Origin: Candidatus Angelobacter sp.
GTDB lineage: Bacteria; Acidobacteriota; Terriglobia; Terriglobales; Acidobacteriaceae
NCBI GenBank assembly: GCA_035653315.1
Contig: DASRCD010000448.1
Span: 1-28,807 of the forward strand
Length of the DNA: 28,807 bases
Direction: 5' to 3'
Shown here: piece by piece, positions 9,669-17,920 of the stretch
How positions within the stretch are numbered: the first letter of the stretch is position 1
How the letters are laid out: every line of letters begins with the position of its first letter
Made by a program: the position numbers and the translations under genes
The notes under the pieces: model-generated
What the model saw: the letters and a program-made list of their open reading frames with translations, nothing else
Told to the model about the DNA's origin: nothing
The model's database searches: none

Positions 9669-11330
9669 TTATTGCTGCTTTTTCTTCTTGCCCAGCAGGC
9701 CGCCAAGGGCATCCTGCAGGCTTTGTTTAGGATTCTGCTGGGTGCCATTCTTATTTCCCTGGACCGCGTTCAGCAGAGTGTTTTGAAGATTGCCTTTGAT
9801 GGCATCACCCAGAAGAGGCCGGAACTCAGGGTTGGAAGTGGTGCCTGTAATCTGGAATGGCAGGCCTTTGCTCTGTGTGGAAGCAGAAATACCGGTCAGG
9901 CTGCCAAGCAGATTGCTGGCATTGCCGGAAAGCTTGAGCAGCATTTTGAAATCAAGAGCATTGTTGCTGCTAATTACGCCATTGCCGGTCAAATTGCCTA
10001 GCGATGGAACGTCAAGCACAATGTTATCGGCCTTGATGCCATCCGGCGCCACGCGCAAAGCGGAGCTCAGGGTCTGGATCAGCGTATCCGTGCTGCCGCC
10101 TTTATTGCCGGTAAAGGAAGCTAGAGAACCAAGCTTTGAGGTCAGGTTATAACCGGAGAGATGCGTGCCAGTGATGCTGAGCGGGCCTGTGATCACAAGA
10201 CGGTCCAGCGGGCCTTGCGCCGTGAGGTCCATGTTGATATTGCCGCCCTGCAAAGAAGCTCCGGAAGGCAATACCACGGCAAAGGCCGGCAGCAGGCCTT
10301 CCACATCATTGACCGACATGTTCTTGCCTTGAATCTTCAAATTGGCAGTGGTGTCTTCTCCTTTGGTGTTTAGCGTTCCACTGGCATTAGTTACGCTGTT
10401 GCCTGTATGGAGATTGGCATTGATGGTGCCGGTTTCAGAGTCAAGCGAGTAGTCAGATTTATAGTCCAGTGAGACCGCTTGCTTTGCGGGCTGTCCGCCT
10501 TTAATCACGCGCAGGTTTGTAGCTGTGGCTTTGCCTTCCGAGTGGATTTTATGGCCATCGGATTTCACTTGGCCGTCAAAATCCACAATGCCAGCAATTC
10601 CGGAACTGGGATCGACAAAGCCGGTCGCGGCAAGATCCACGTGCTTAAGCGTGATTTTGGCATCCAGAGGACTTTTGGCGGAATCGGCAGAGTTGATTGG
10701 GCCTGCCTGTCCGTCCAGATTGAGCGTGCCGCCGCCCGGCATCTCCATGGAGAGCGTAAAGGGCATGGCGGTCTGGGTGGAGATGTTATGCGCCACCAGA
10801 TTTACTTTCTGATAAACGCTTTCCTTGCCCACGGAATGCCCGCTGTTATGGCCCACACGGACTGTTCCATCCGCGATTTCAAATTTCTCGACGGAGATAT
10901 CCATCGGCTTGCTTGTGGATTCGGAGCTGGCTTTCTGGCCCCCGCCGCCGAAAGTGGAGTAGTTCCACTTGCCTTCAGCATTTTCAATCAACGTAATCTG
11001 CGGCTGCTGGACCGTAATGGAATTCACTTTGAGCTGGCGGGAAAAAATCAGCGGCATCAATTGCACGCCGATCTTCACTGATGCAGCCTGCAGGAACGGC
11101 CCTTTGTTGAAGGCCGGATCGTCTGCAATGGAGATCTGGCTGGCTGAAGCGCCACCGCTGAAGATGGAAGCATCCAGCTTGCCGATCTGCACCTGGCGGT
11201 TTAACGCGGCGGAAAGTTTCTTTTCCAGGTCTGGACGGAAACTATCAACGTTAATGAACAGCGGCACCAGAACAACGATCAGAACAAGGACCGCAACAAT
11301 CACTCCGGCGACTATAAGCAAGCGCTTCAT
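9669..11330 (-). CDS. AsmA-family protein
   Basis: Single N-terminal TM anchor followed by FINVDSFRPDLEKKLSAALNRQV, LMPLIFSRQLKVNSITVQQPQITL..GKWNYS, beta-rich repeats and C-terminal LPFQITGTTSNP. Confidence 0.88.
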   Translation of the reverse strand: MKRLLIVAGVIVAVLVLIVVLVPLFINVDSFRPDLEKKLSAALNRQVQIGKLDASIFSGGASASQISIADDPAFNKGPFLQAASVKIGVQLMPLIFSRQLKVNSITVQQPQITLIENAEGKWNYSTFGGGGQKASSESTSKPMDISVEKFEIADGTVRVGHNSGHSVGKESVYQKVNLVAHNISTQTAMPFTLSMEMPGGGTLNLDGQAGPINSADSAKSPLDAKITLKHVDLAATGFVDPSSGIAGIVDFDGQVKSDGHKIHSEGKATATNLRVIKGGQPAKQAVSLDYKSDYSLDSETGTINANLHTGNSVTNASGTLNTKGEDTTANLKIQGKNMSVNDVEGLLPAFAVVLPSGASLQGGNINMDLTAQGPLDRLVITGPLSITGTHLSGYNLTSKLGSLASFTGNKGGSTDTLIQTLSSALRVAPDGIKADNIVLDVPSLGNLTGNGVISSNNALDFKMLLKLSGNASNLLGSLTGISASTQSKGLPFQITGTTSNPEFRPLLGDAIKGNLQNTLLNAVQGNKNGTQQNPKQSLQDALGGLLGKKKKQQ

Positions 11331-11406
11331 GCAGAAATGCTACCAGAAAGCATTCTTAAATAGATGTGATTGACAGGAGCATGGGTTTGCCCGACGATAA
11401 TCGGTT

Positions 11407-11778
11407 ATGAGAACCAGAATCTTGCTGTTCTTATGTATGCTGCCGAATTTGCTAGTGCCATCCATGGCGCAGAGTGGCGGAACCACGCGGTCTTTGCAAC
11501 TTAGCGTGTCACCAGGAGTTATGGAAGGGAGCCGAATCCACTATATGGCTCCGGTTTATCCCAAAGAAGCCAAAAAGAACCATATACAGGGCGACGTGCT
11601 GGTCCGAATGAAAATTGACACAGAAGGAATTCCTGTAGACGTGACCGCCATCCATGGAGATCCGCTTCTCGCTGATGCCGCTGTTACGGCCATCAAGCAA
11701 TGGAGATATAAGCCATATCTGCTGGATGGAAAGGCGGTGATGGTGGAAACCACTGCGACGGTCAAATTTCATTTATAG
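11407..11778 (+). CDS. TonB C-terminal domain protein without the Pro-rich linker
   Basis: Signal peptide followed by PVYPKEAKKNHIQGDVLVRMKIDTEG..LADAAVTAIKQWRYKP..VKF. Confidence 0.85.
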   Translation: MRTRILLFLCMLPNLLVPSMAQSGGTTRSLQLSVSPGVMEGSRIHYMAPVYPKEAKKNHIQGDVLVRMKIDTEGIPVDVTAIHGDPLLADAAVTAIKQWRYKPYLLDGKAVMVETTATVKFHL

Positions 11779-11864
11779 CGGCATCCTGTACAAAGTAATA
11801 GCCGCTGCCCGGGAATGCGTATAAAATCTGCCTAATTCAGCAAGTCACGAATTGGGGGGAAGCA

Positions 11865-12605
11865 ATGACAGTTCTTCGGACAGTTCTGCTCGCTGCCTCG
11901 TTGTTGAACGTGAATGCTATAGCGGCCTACGGCCTGGGGGCACAAAATGGGGCTGAAGCCGCACCGGTTGTTCTTGAGAACAACACAATTCTCTATCTTG
12001 AATTGTCAAAAACCATAGACGCCAAAAAAGTAAAGCCGGGCGATCTGGTGACGGCAAAACTCCTTACTGAAGTTGTGTCTCAGGGCAAAATCGTGCTGCG
12101 TCGGGACATGAAGGTGATGGGGCACGTGACAGAAGCCCAGCCTTTAACCAAAGAGAACCACGAATCCAGGCTGGGGTTTGTGATTGATAAGTTCCTGCTG
12201 AAGAACGGACAGGAACTATCTTTCAACTCTGACCTTTTGGCAGTAGGAGCAGCGCCCCGCATACAGATGAGCGCAGCTCCCAGTGGCCCCACTCCGCCGG
12301 GCGTGAATCCAGCGTCATCGCAGCCGCAAGAGAGACATTATCCTGCGCCCAAAGGGCCTTCCATGCCTAAAAATGTGAATGGGCCTACGGGAGAATCGCC
12401 CTTTAGAGGCGACATGGATCAGCATACAAAGTCAGTGCAGGGCACATACGCCACTGATATTGACGCGGTCAATCTGTCCCGTTCCGCAGACGGGGCTGGA
12501 CGCATTCTGATTTCAATGCAGCACACTATTAAATTGGAAGATGGTGTACGGCTCGAATTGCGCGTGACTCACGGCAACCAGGCGGACCAGGTTCACGCGC
12601 CGTAA
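11865..12605 (+). CDS. Secreted hypothetical protein with TrbI/VirB10-like beta pattern and a Pro-rich insert
   Basis: Signal peptide followed by LELSKTIDAKKVKPGDLVTAKL..KVMGHVTEAQP..SRLGFVIDK..IKLEDGVRLELRV. A G-rich SD precedes the ATG. Its 3' end overlaps the convergent gene by 13 bp. Confidence 0.65.
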   Translation: MTVLRTVLLAASLLNVNAIAAYGLGAQNGAEAAPVVLENNTILYLELSKTIDAKKVKPGDLVTAKLLTEVVSQGKIVLRRDMKVMGHVTEAQPLTKENHESRLGFVIDKFLLKNGQELSFNSDLLAVGAAPRIQMSAAPSGPTPPGVNPASSQPQERHYPAPKGPSMPKNVNGPTGESPFRGDMDQHTKSVQGTYATDIDAVNLSRSADGAGRILISMQHTIKLEDGVRLELRVTHGNQADQVHAP

Positions 12606-14002
12606 TTCTTTTTCAGATATCCGGTAATCTCCGCTTCCAACTCCGCATAGCCGCCGTGAATGGTGCTGCGCAGCGCAGACTCAATGCCCTGGCCATCCCC
12701 GAGGCGTTGCAGCAATCGCGCAAGATCACTCATGCCGTAAGTGGCGCGGATATATTCCACGGCAGCCAGACTTTCCGCATAGGCCACGGATGCTTCCGCC
12801 GTACTGTATCCCTGAAATTCGCTTTCCAGTTGGTTGAGCGGGACCTGCCGTCCGGAGTCATAGAGTGAAGCCAGACGCTGGCCAATTGCCACCGTAGTCA
12901 TCCCCTGTTCCACCTGAGCAATGCCTTCATTCAACCAGCTTGGCGTGCGGTTGTGCGTAATTTGCGCGATAAACGAATGCGCCAGTTCATGTTTCAAGAC
13001 GGACGCCATTTCCGGGGTAACGGACTTCACACCGGAGATGGGAATGCGGATCTTGCCATCATTCAGCGCGGAGGTCCAGGCAGCGGCATGCGTCACATCA
13101 AAAAATGCCTGGTCTGTGTAAAGTGAAACGTAAATGTTTTTGGGCGCTGCGCCAAGGTCCACGGATAACTCCCGGTAATCGGCTTCAAGAAGATCTAAAA
13201 CCTGCGTGCGCAGAATGTCTGAAGCCTGGGAACCCTCATAGCGCAAGGTGAAATGGCTGCTCTCCTGCTGGCGAAAGTCGGCTTCCGTACGGGACTCGCG
13301 CTCCACTTTGTCGAGTAGTTGCTGCGTTCTTGCATCAGGACGCAACTGCAAAGCCTTTTTCAGCGCCGCAATCGCTTCATGGTTATGGTCAGTCTTGTAA
13401 TAAGCAAAGCCGAGCAGCAGGAAAGCATCTGCCGACTGCGGACTGGCATGCGCGGCCTGCTGCGCCCGCAGCAGGGCTTCATCGTTATTGCCGAGCTTTA
13501 ATAAAACAGCGGTAAAGTTTTCCAGCAGCACTCCGTGGCCGGGAAGGAACACAAGCGCTGCCTGTAAATAGCGGGCTGCTGCCCCGTAATTATTGCGCTT
13601 TTCCTCAAAATTCGCCGCAATAGAATTGGCGGAGGCGGATTGCTCCGGAATGTTTTCACTTTCAATGTCTTTGATCGCGGCGGCGTCTATCACGCCGTTG
13701 CGGATGACGCGGGCAACCAGATCGCCGGAGGCCGCCATTTCTTCATGCGGCGGAGGCGGATCAATAGCGCCAGAAGGCACAGAACTTGCAGGTGATGCCG
13801 TTACTATGGGGCCTTTTTCAATGCGGACGACGATGGATTTGGGGATGGTCAGGGTATTGTCGCCGACGGTGTATTCCACACGGCCATTGCTTTCATGCGC
13901 GGAATCGGCATGGATACGGTCACCATTTTTCAGAATAATGGTGTCTGAATAAGCAGCACATGAAAAAAGTGCGGCGATACAAAATGTGATAATCGATTTC
14001 AC
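12593..14002 (-). CDS. Secreted TPR-repeat protein with C-terminal HEXXH (peptidase MA-like/gluzincin) domain
   Basis: GTG start and signal peptide. It has an N-terminal DTIILKNGD beta domain, TPR-like helices (AFLLLGFAYYK..EAIAALKKALQLRP) and VLKHELAHS..WLNEGIA. Confidence 0.85.
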   Translation of the reverse strand: MKSIITFCIAALFSCAAYSDTIILKNGDRIHADSAHESNGRVEYTVGDNTLTIPKSIVVRIEKGPIVTASPASSVPSGAIDPPPPHEEMAASGDLVARVIRNGVIDAAAIKDIESENIPEQSASANSIAANFEEKRNNYGAAARYLQAALVFLPGHGVLLENFTAVLLKLGNNDEALLRAQQAAHASPQSADAFLLLGFAYYKTDHNHEAIAALKKALQLRPDARTQQLLDKVERESRTEADFRQQESSHFTLRYEGSQASDILRTQVLDLLEADYRELSVDLGAAPKNIYVSLYTDQAFFDVTHAAAWTSALNDGKIRIPISGVKSVTPEMASVLKHELAHSFIAQITHNRTPSWLNEGIAQVEQGMTTVAIGQRLASLYDSGRQVPLNQLESEFQGYSTAEASVAYAESLAAVEYIRATYGMSDLARLLQRLGDGQGIESALRSTIHGGYAELEAEITGYLKKNYGA

Positions 14003-14035
14003 GCGTAAAAAGTCTAAGTAAATTATGGCATTTCT

Positions 14036-16423
14036 ATGAAGAATGTCTTCACCCTGCGAGTAACGAAGGTACTACTGCTGTTTTTGGTCCTTGGCTTTAC
14101 GCGCGCGCACGCCCAGAGCGCTGCGCCGGCTTCAAGCGCAGTGGCCCTTTACCGCGACCTCCTGAACCCGGTCTTTAACATAAAAGATGTTTACCATGTA
14201 CGCGATGTCTCTTTCCTTTTGGAAGACCTGCACATCTCTATTAGCGATGGGACCATGGCGCTGATGCGCGAAGTGAATGGGCATGTGACCGGCGCGGTGT
14301 TTGAAGGCGTGGGCGAGGTGCTGCTGGTGCCGCCCAATCGTGCGGAGCGCACGTCACTGGCGTTGTTTACCAATTCCGCCGTGCTGGAGCAGCGTTTCCA
14401 GTCAGCTTATTTCCGTTTTTCTGACGACAAGGTTACGCAGGAGCTGCGCTCCGGGTTTCGCCGTCCCGCGGAGGACGCGGAAGAGTTCATTGCACGCTGG
14501 CATGAGCCTGCCACTTTTCTGGCGCGGGCTGACGCGCTGAGCATCTTGCAATCCATGACAGACGCCAGAGAGACAGCATCGCGCTTCCTGCATCTACGCG
14601 TGGGCGGCGCACCGGCGGGGATCTTTGACGTGTTTTTTAACACCAATTCCCCTGAGCAAATCAGCGTTGCCCAATCGAATGTGCTGAATAACGCTACCTA
14701 CTATGACATCTGGACTTCATTCCCCATGCGCTCCATCCGTGAAGCCGCAGGCGAGGAAGACCCGACGACGCGTGCCATTTATGAAATGTCTGACTACAAG
14801 CTGCGCGTGAAAGTACAACCGCCCACAGACTTGAGCGCAGAGGCGGAGTTCATGCTGATTCCGCGCTTCTCCGGGCAGCGAACAGTCATCCTGGAGCTTT
14901 CACGCTACCTCAAATTAAGCGAGGTGCGCTGTAATGACGCGCCGATTGAATTTATCCAGAATGAAGCGATCAGCGGCAGCGATCTCGCACGGCGCGGCGA
15001 TGATTTGATCGGCGTTGTACTGCCCACTCCACTGGAAAAAGGAAAGCCGGTGAAGCTTTCTTTAAAATATTCCGGCCCGGTGATGTTCGATGCCGGCGGC
15101 GACCTGATTTATGTGGGTGCGCGAGGCACATGGTATCCGAATGTGGGACCTGCTTTCAGCAATTTTGATCTTATTTTTGAATATCCGGCGGACTGGTCAG
15201 TAGTGGCAACAGGCAAGCAGGTTTCAAGCACGGTGGACTCAGGCCAGCGCACCACGCATTTTGTTACGGAAAAGCCAATTGGCCGCGCGGGATTCAACTT
15301 GGGCAAGTATGCCGCTGCAACTTCCGCAGCCGGGAATGTGGCAATTCACGCTTACGGCGGGCATGTAGTGGAAAAGTCGCTGGCGGGGGCTGAAGCCAGG
15401 GTAGGTAGACATCCTGATCCGGGAAAAGAGGCGCAGCAGATCGCGCAGCAGGCCGCAACCACAATCCAGTTTCTTTCCACGGAGCTTGACCCTTTTCCCT
15501 ACTCCAATCTGGAGATCACGCAGCTTCCCGGCCTTGTAAGCCAGTCATGGCCGGGGCTGGTTTATTTATCGAGCACGGCGTTTCTCTCACCGGATGAACG
15601 CCGCGCCGTGGGTTTGCGCGATCCTTATGTGGAATTGCTGCTGAGCCGCCTGATGCTCTCCCATGAAACCGCGCACCAGTGGTGGGGAGATGCGGTGGAT
15701 TGGGTCAGCTATCGCGATGAGTGGATTATTGAAGCACTAGCCAATTACAGCGCCCTGGTCATGCTGGAGCAGAGCCATCCGGGAGATATGAAAACCGCGC
15801 TCAATTATTATCGCGGGGAACTGCTGCGTGAAAACAAAGACGGCATCATTGCCGATGCAGGCCCAGTCACGCTGGGGCATAGGTTAACGTCGTCAAAATT
15901 TCCTGACGCTTATGAGCGTGTGCTTTATGGCCGGGGCACGTGGCTAATCCACATGCTGCGCACCATGCTGCGCGAATCCGGCGGCGGGCATAATGACGCT
16001 CTCTTCTTTTCCGCGCTGAAAGGCCTGCTGGCGCGCGCCTCAAACCACAAAATTTCCACGCTGGAGTTGCAACGCGCTTTTGAACAGATAATGCCCGCTT
16101 CTTTGGGCTATGAAGGAAAGAAATCACTCGACTGGTTTTTTGATAGCTGGATCAATGGAAATTCAGTCCCACAATTTTCCATGCAGAACGTCCACATGAC
16201 GTCCAGTGGAGGCAGGCTGAAAGTAACCGGAACCATTGTTGAAGACCATGCCGCGCACGATATGGTGACCGCCCTGCCCTTATATGCAGTGGATGCAACG
16301 GGCAAATCGCATTTTCTGGCATTTGTGTTTGCGGACGATGCCAAGACAGAGTTCAGCATAACCGCTCCCGCGGGGACAAAGGAAATTCTGCTGGACCCGG
16401 AAGAGACGGTACTGCGGCGGTAA
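14036..16423 (+). CDS. Secreted M1-family-like zinc metallopeptidase
   Basis: Signal peptide followed by WYP, SHETAHQWWG (HEXXH)..EWIIEALANY and LYGRGTWLIHMLR. The canonical GXMEN motif is not seen. Confidence 0.85.
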   Translation: MKNVFTLRVTKVLLLFLVLGFTRAHAQSAAPASSAVALYRDLLNPVFNIKDVYHVRDVSFLLEDLHISISDGTMALMREVNGHVTGAVFEGVGEVLLVPPNRAERTSLALFTNSAVLEQRFQSAYFRFSDDKVTQELRSGFRRPAEDAEEFIARWHEPATFLARADALSILQSMTDARETASRFLHLRVGGAPAGIFDVFFNTNSPEQISVAQSNVLNNATYYDIWTSFPMRSIREAAGEEDPTTRAIYEMSDYKLRVKVQPPTDLSAEAEFMLIPRFSGQRTVILELSRYLKLSEVRCNDAPIEFIQNEAISGSDLARRGDDLIGVVLPTPLEKGKPVKLSLKYSGPVMFDAGGDLIYVGARGTWYPNVGPAFSNFDLIFEYPADWSVVATGKQVSSTVDSGQRTTHFVTEKPIGRAGFNLGKYAAATSAAGNVAIHAYGGHVVEKSLAGAEARVGRHPDPGKEAQQIAQQAATTIQFLSTELDPFPYSNLEITQLPGLVSQSWPGLVYLSSTAFLSPDERRAVGLRDPYVELLLSRLMLSHETAHQWWGDAVDWVSYRDEWIIEALANYSALVMLEQSHPGDMKTALNYYRGELLRENKDGIIADAGPVTLGHRLTSSKFPDAYERVLYGRGTWLIHMLRTMLRESGGGHNDALFFSALKGLLARASNHKISTLELQRAFEQIMPASLGYEGKKSLDWFFDSWINGNSVPQFSMQNVHMTSSGGRLKVTGTIVEDHAAHDMVTALPLYAVDATGKSHFLAFVFADDAKTEFSITAPAGTKEILLDPEETVLRR

Positions 16424-16493
16424 GGGCCAAGAGCCTCGCAATGGCAGGAGTTTCACCCGCTGGCGAACACGAATCATTTACTGGATTTGAGGT

Positions 16494-16739
16494 TCATTGC
16501 GGCTTGCGAACGTCTGGATAAATTATGCCTGCTTCCTTGAAATGTGCTCCGCATAAGCCAATCTCCCGTTCTTCGGATGGGGACTGAATCCGCAGAACGC
16601 GAAATGCAATTTGCGAGCACAGCGCGCATGTCTTGAGATGGCCCCGGCTATTGAGCGGACTGAAAGAATTTATTATTTTTTCATCGGGTGACAACTTGAA
16701 CATTGCAGACTTCCAGTGAAATATACGTGCGGGTTTCAT
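16494..16739 (-). CDS. Small hypothetical protein (81 aa) with CxxC..CxxH
   Basis: AAGGA lies just upstream of ATG 16739. The product contains KTCALCSQ..IGLCGAHF. An alternative start lies at 16703. Confidence 0.45.
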   Translation of the reverse strand: MKPARIFHWKSAMFKLSPDEKIINSFSPLNSRGHLKTCALCSQIAFRVLRIQSPSEEREIGLCGAHFKEAGIIYPDVRKPQ

Positions 16740-17174
16740 GGCTTTCCTTACAGTTGCATGGAAGAGCAGCTGCCAAACTCTGCCCCTTATGGACTCTGTT
16801 GATAGCGAACACAGAGCCCCTATATACAAAGTGCAGATTAGATCGGGTAACGATATAAGGTGCACGAGTTATTTTTTCTTAAATCAGCCGGATTTATTTC
16901 CTCGGGCTGAATGGAATCATTTTGTGGAATTCCACAGCATGTACTATTTCGTATTTGATTCGCCTGACAGATTCAGCTAGTATTTCGTTACTGCCTTAAC
17001 AGACAAATGTTCTGGGAAGGCATTGGGTTGGGTTCTTTGATCTTTGAAAAAACAGCAGCATCGACTGGTCTATGACTGGCTTGTTGAATCGCGTAAGCCC
17101 TTTGTTTGCTACAGAATGCGGATAAGACTCAGTTGAACAGGTCGCTAATGCCTGAGTCTGCCTAGCGGGGCTGG

Positions 17175-17651
17175 TCAGAATTTTTCGCGGATTCGTTTGT
17201 AAGTAGTTTGCAAATCTTCAGGAAGCACGCGGGTTTCGCCAATGGCGCTCATAAAGTTTACGTCGCCAAACCAGCGCGGCAGGATGTGCATGTGAATATG
17301 GCCGGCAACGCCGGCTCCGGCAGCTTTGCCAAGATTCATGCCCAGGTTGATGCCATCGGGGTGGTAGAGATCGCGGAGAACGCCTTCCAGCCTTTGCGTA
17401 AGGGACATGATCTCTTCGGCTGCGGGTGAAGGAAGCTTTTGGAGTTCATCCAGGTGGTCATAGGGAACCACCATGATATGGCCTGAGGTGTAAGGGAAAG
17501 CATTGAGGACCACGAAACAGTATTGAGCGCGATGGACCACGTAATTTTGTGTGTCATTTTGGGACTGGGCGATGCCGCAGAACACGCAATGATTGGCGTT
17601 ATTCGCCGTAGAAATGTAAGCGTAACGCCACGGGGTAAATAGAAAATCCAT
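17175..17651 (-). CDS. HIT-family nucleotide hydrolase (Ap4A hydrolase/phosphorylase-like)
   Basis: The protein begins MDFLFTPWRYAY and has CVFC, LNAFPYTSGH and NLGKAAGAGVAGHIHMHILPRW (HxHxH). Start is set at ATG 17651. Confidence 0.93.
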   Translation of the reverse strand: MDFLFTPWRYAYISTANNANHCVFCGIAQSQNDTQNYVVHRAQYCFVVLNAFPYTSGHIMVVPYDHLDELQKLPSPAAEEIMSLTQRLEGVLRDLYHPDGINLGMNLGKAAGAGVAGHIHMHILPRWFGDVNFMSAIGETRVLPEDLQTTYKRIREKF

Positions 17652-17709
17652 GCCCTTGAAAAGATACGACGGGGTTAGGGTTTTAAGCAATTTTAACGTG
17701 TGCAGAGGT

Positions 17710-17738
17710 TTGACAGTGCCTTAGGCCATTGTTATAGT
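17710..17738 (+). promoter_or_regulatory. Near-consensus sigma70 promoter upstream of rpsA
   Basis: TTGACA (17710-17715), a 17-nt spacer, and TATAGT (17733-17738) with the TG extension. Confidence 0.75.
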
Positions 17739-17834
17739 CGAAGGAGTCTTATGGCCTATTCAGGGCTGCATAAGATCCGGCCGCTGGTTTCAAGCTTTCA
17801 AAAAGAACATCAGAAGGCGACACATAACCAGTGG

Positions 17835-17852
17835 GACTCGGGGCCCCGAGTC
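17835..17852. repeat. Perfect 18-bp palindrome in the rpsA leader
   Basis: GACTCGGGGCCCCGAGTC is its own reverse complement. Confidence 0.9.
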
Positions 17853-17920
17853 TGCCTTCAGCACTACTGCCTCTCGAATGAGTTCCAGCCGTGTTCAGGT
17901 CCATTGGCGACTTACGGAAT

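Noticed and set aside
11370-11401. TTGACA..GATAAT promoter pair for the tonB-like gene
   Set aside because: The spacer is 20 nt, too long for a standard sigma70 promoter. Only the -10 element was retained.
16923-16936. DnaA boxes or a replication origin
   Set aside because: Each half has three mismatches to TTATCCACA, and there is no box cluster or dnaA nearby.
16738-16980. 80-aa plus-strand ORF in the AT-rich patch
   Set aside because: It has no SD or recognisable motif, and its start overlaps that of the better-supported minus-strand ORF. It cannot be excluded without data.
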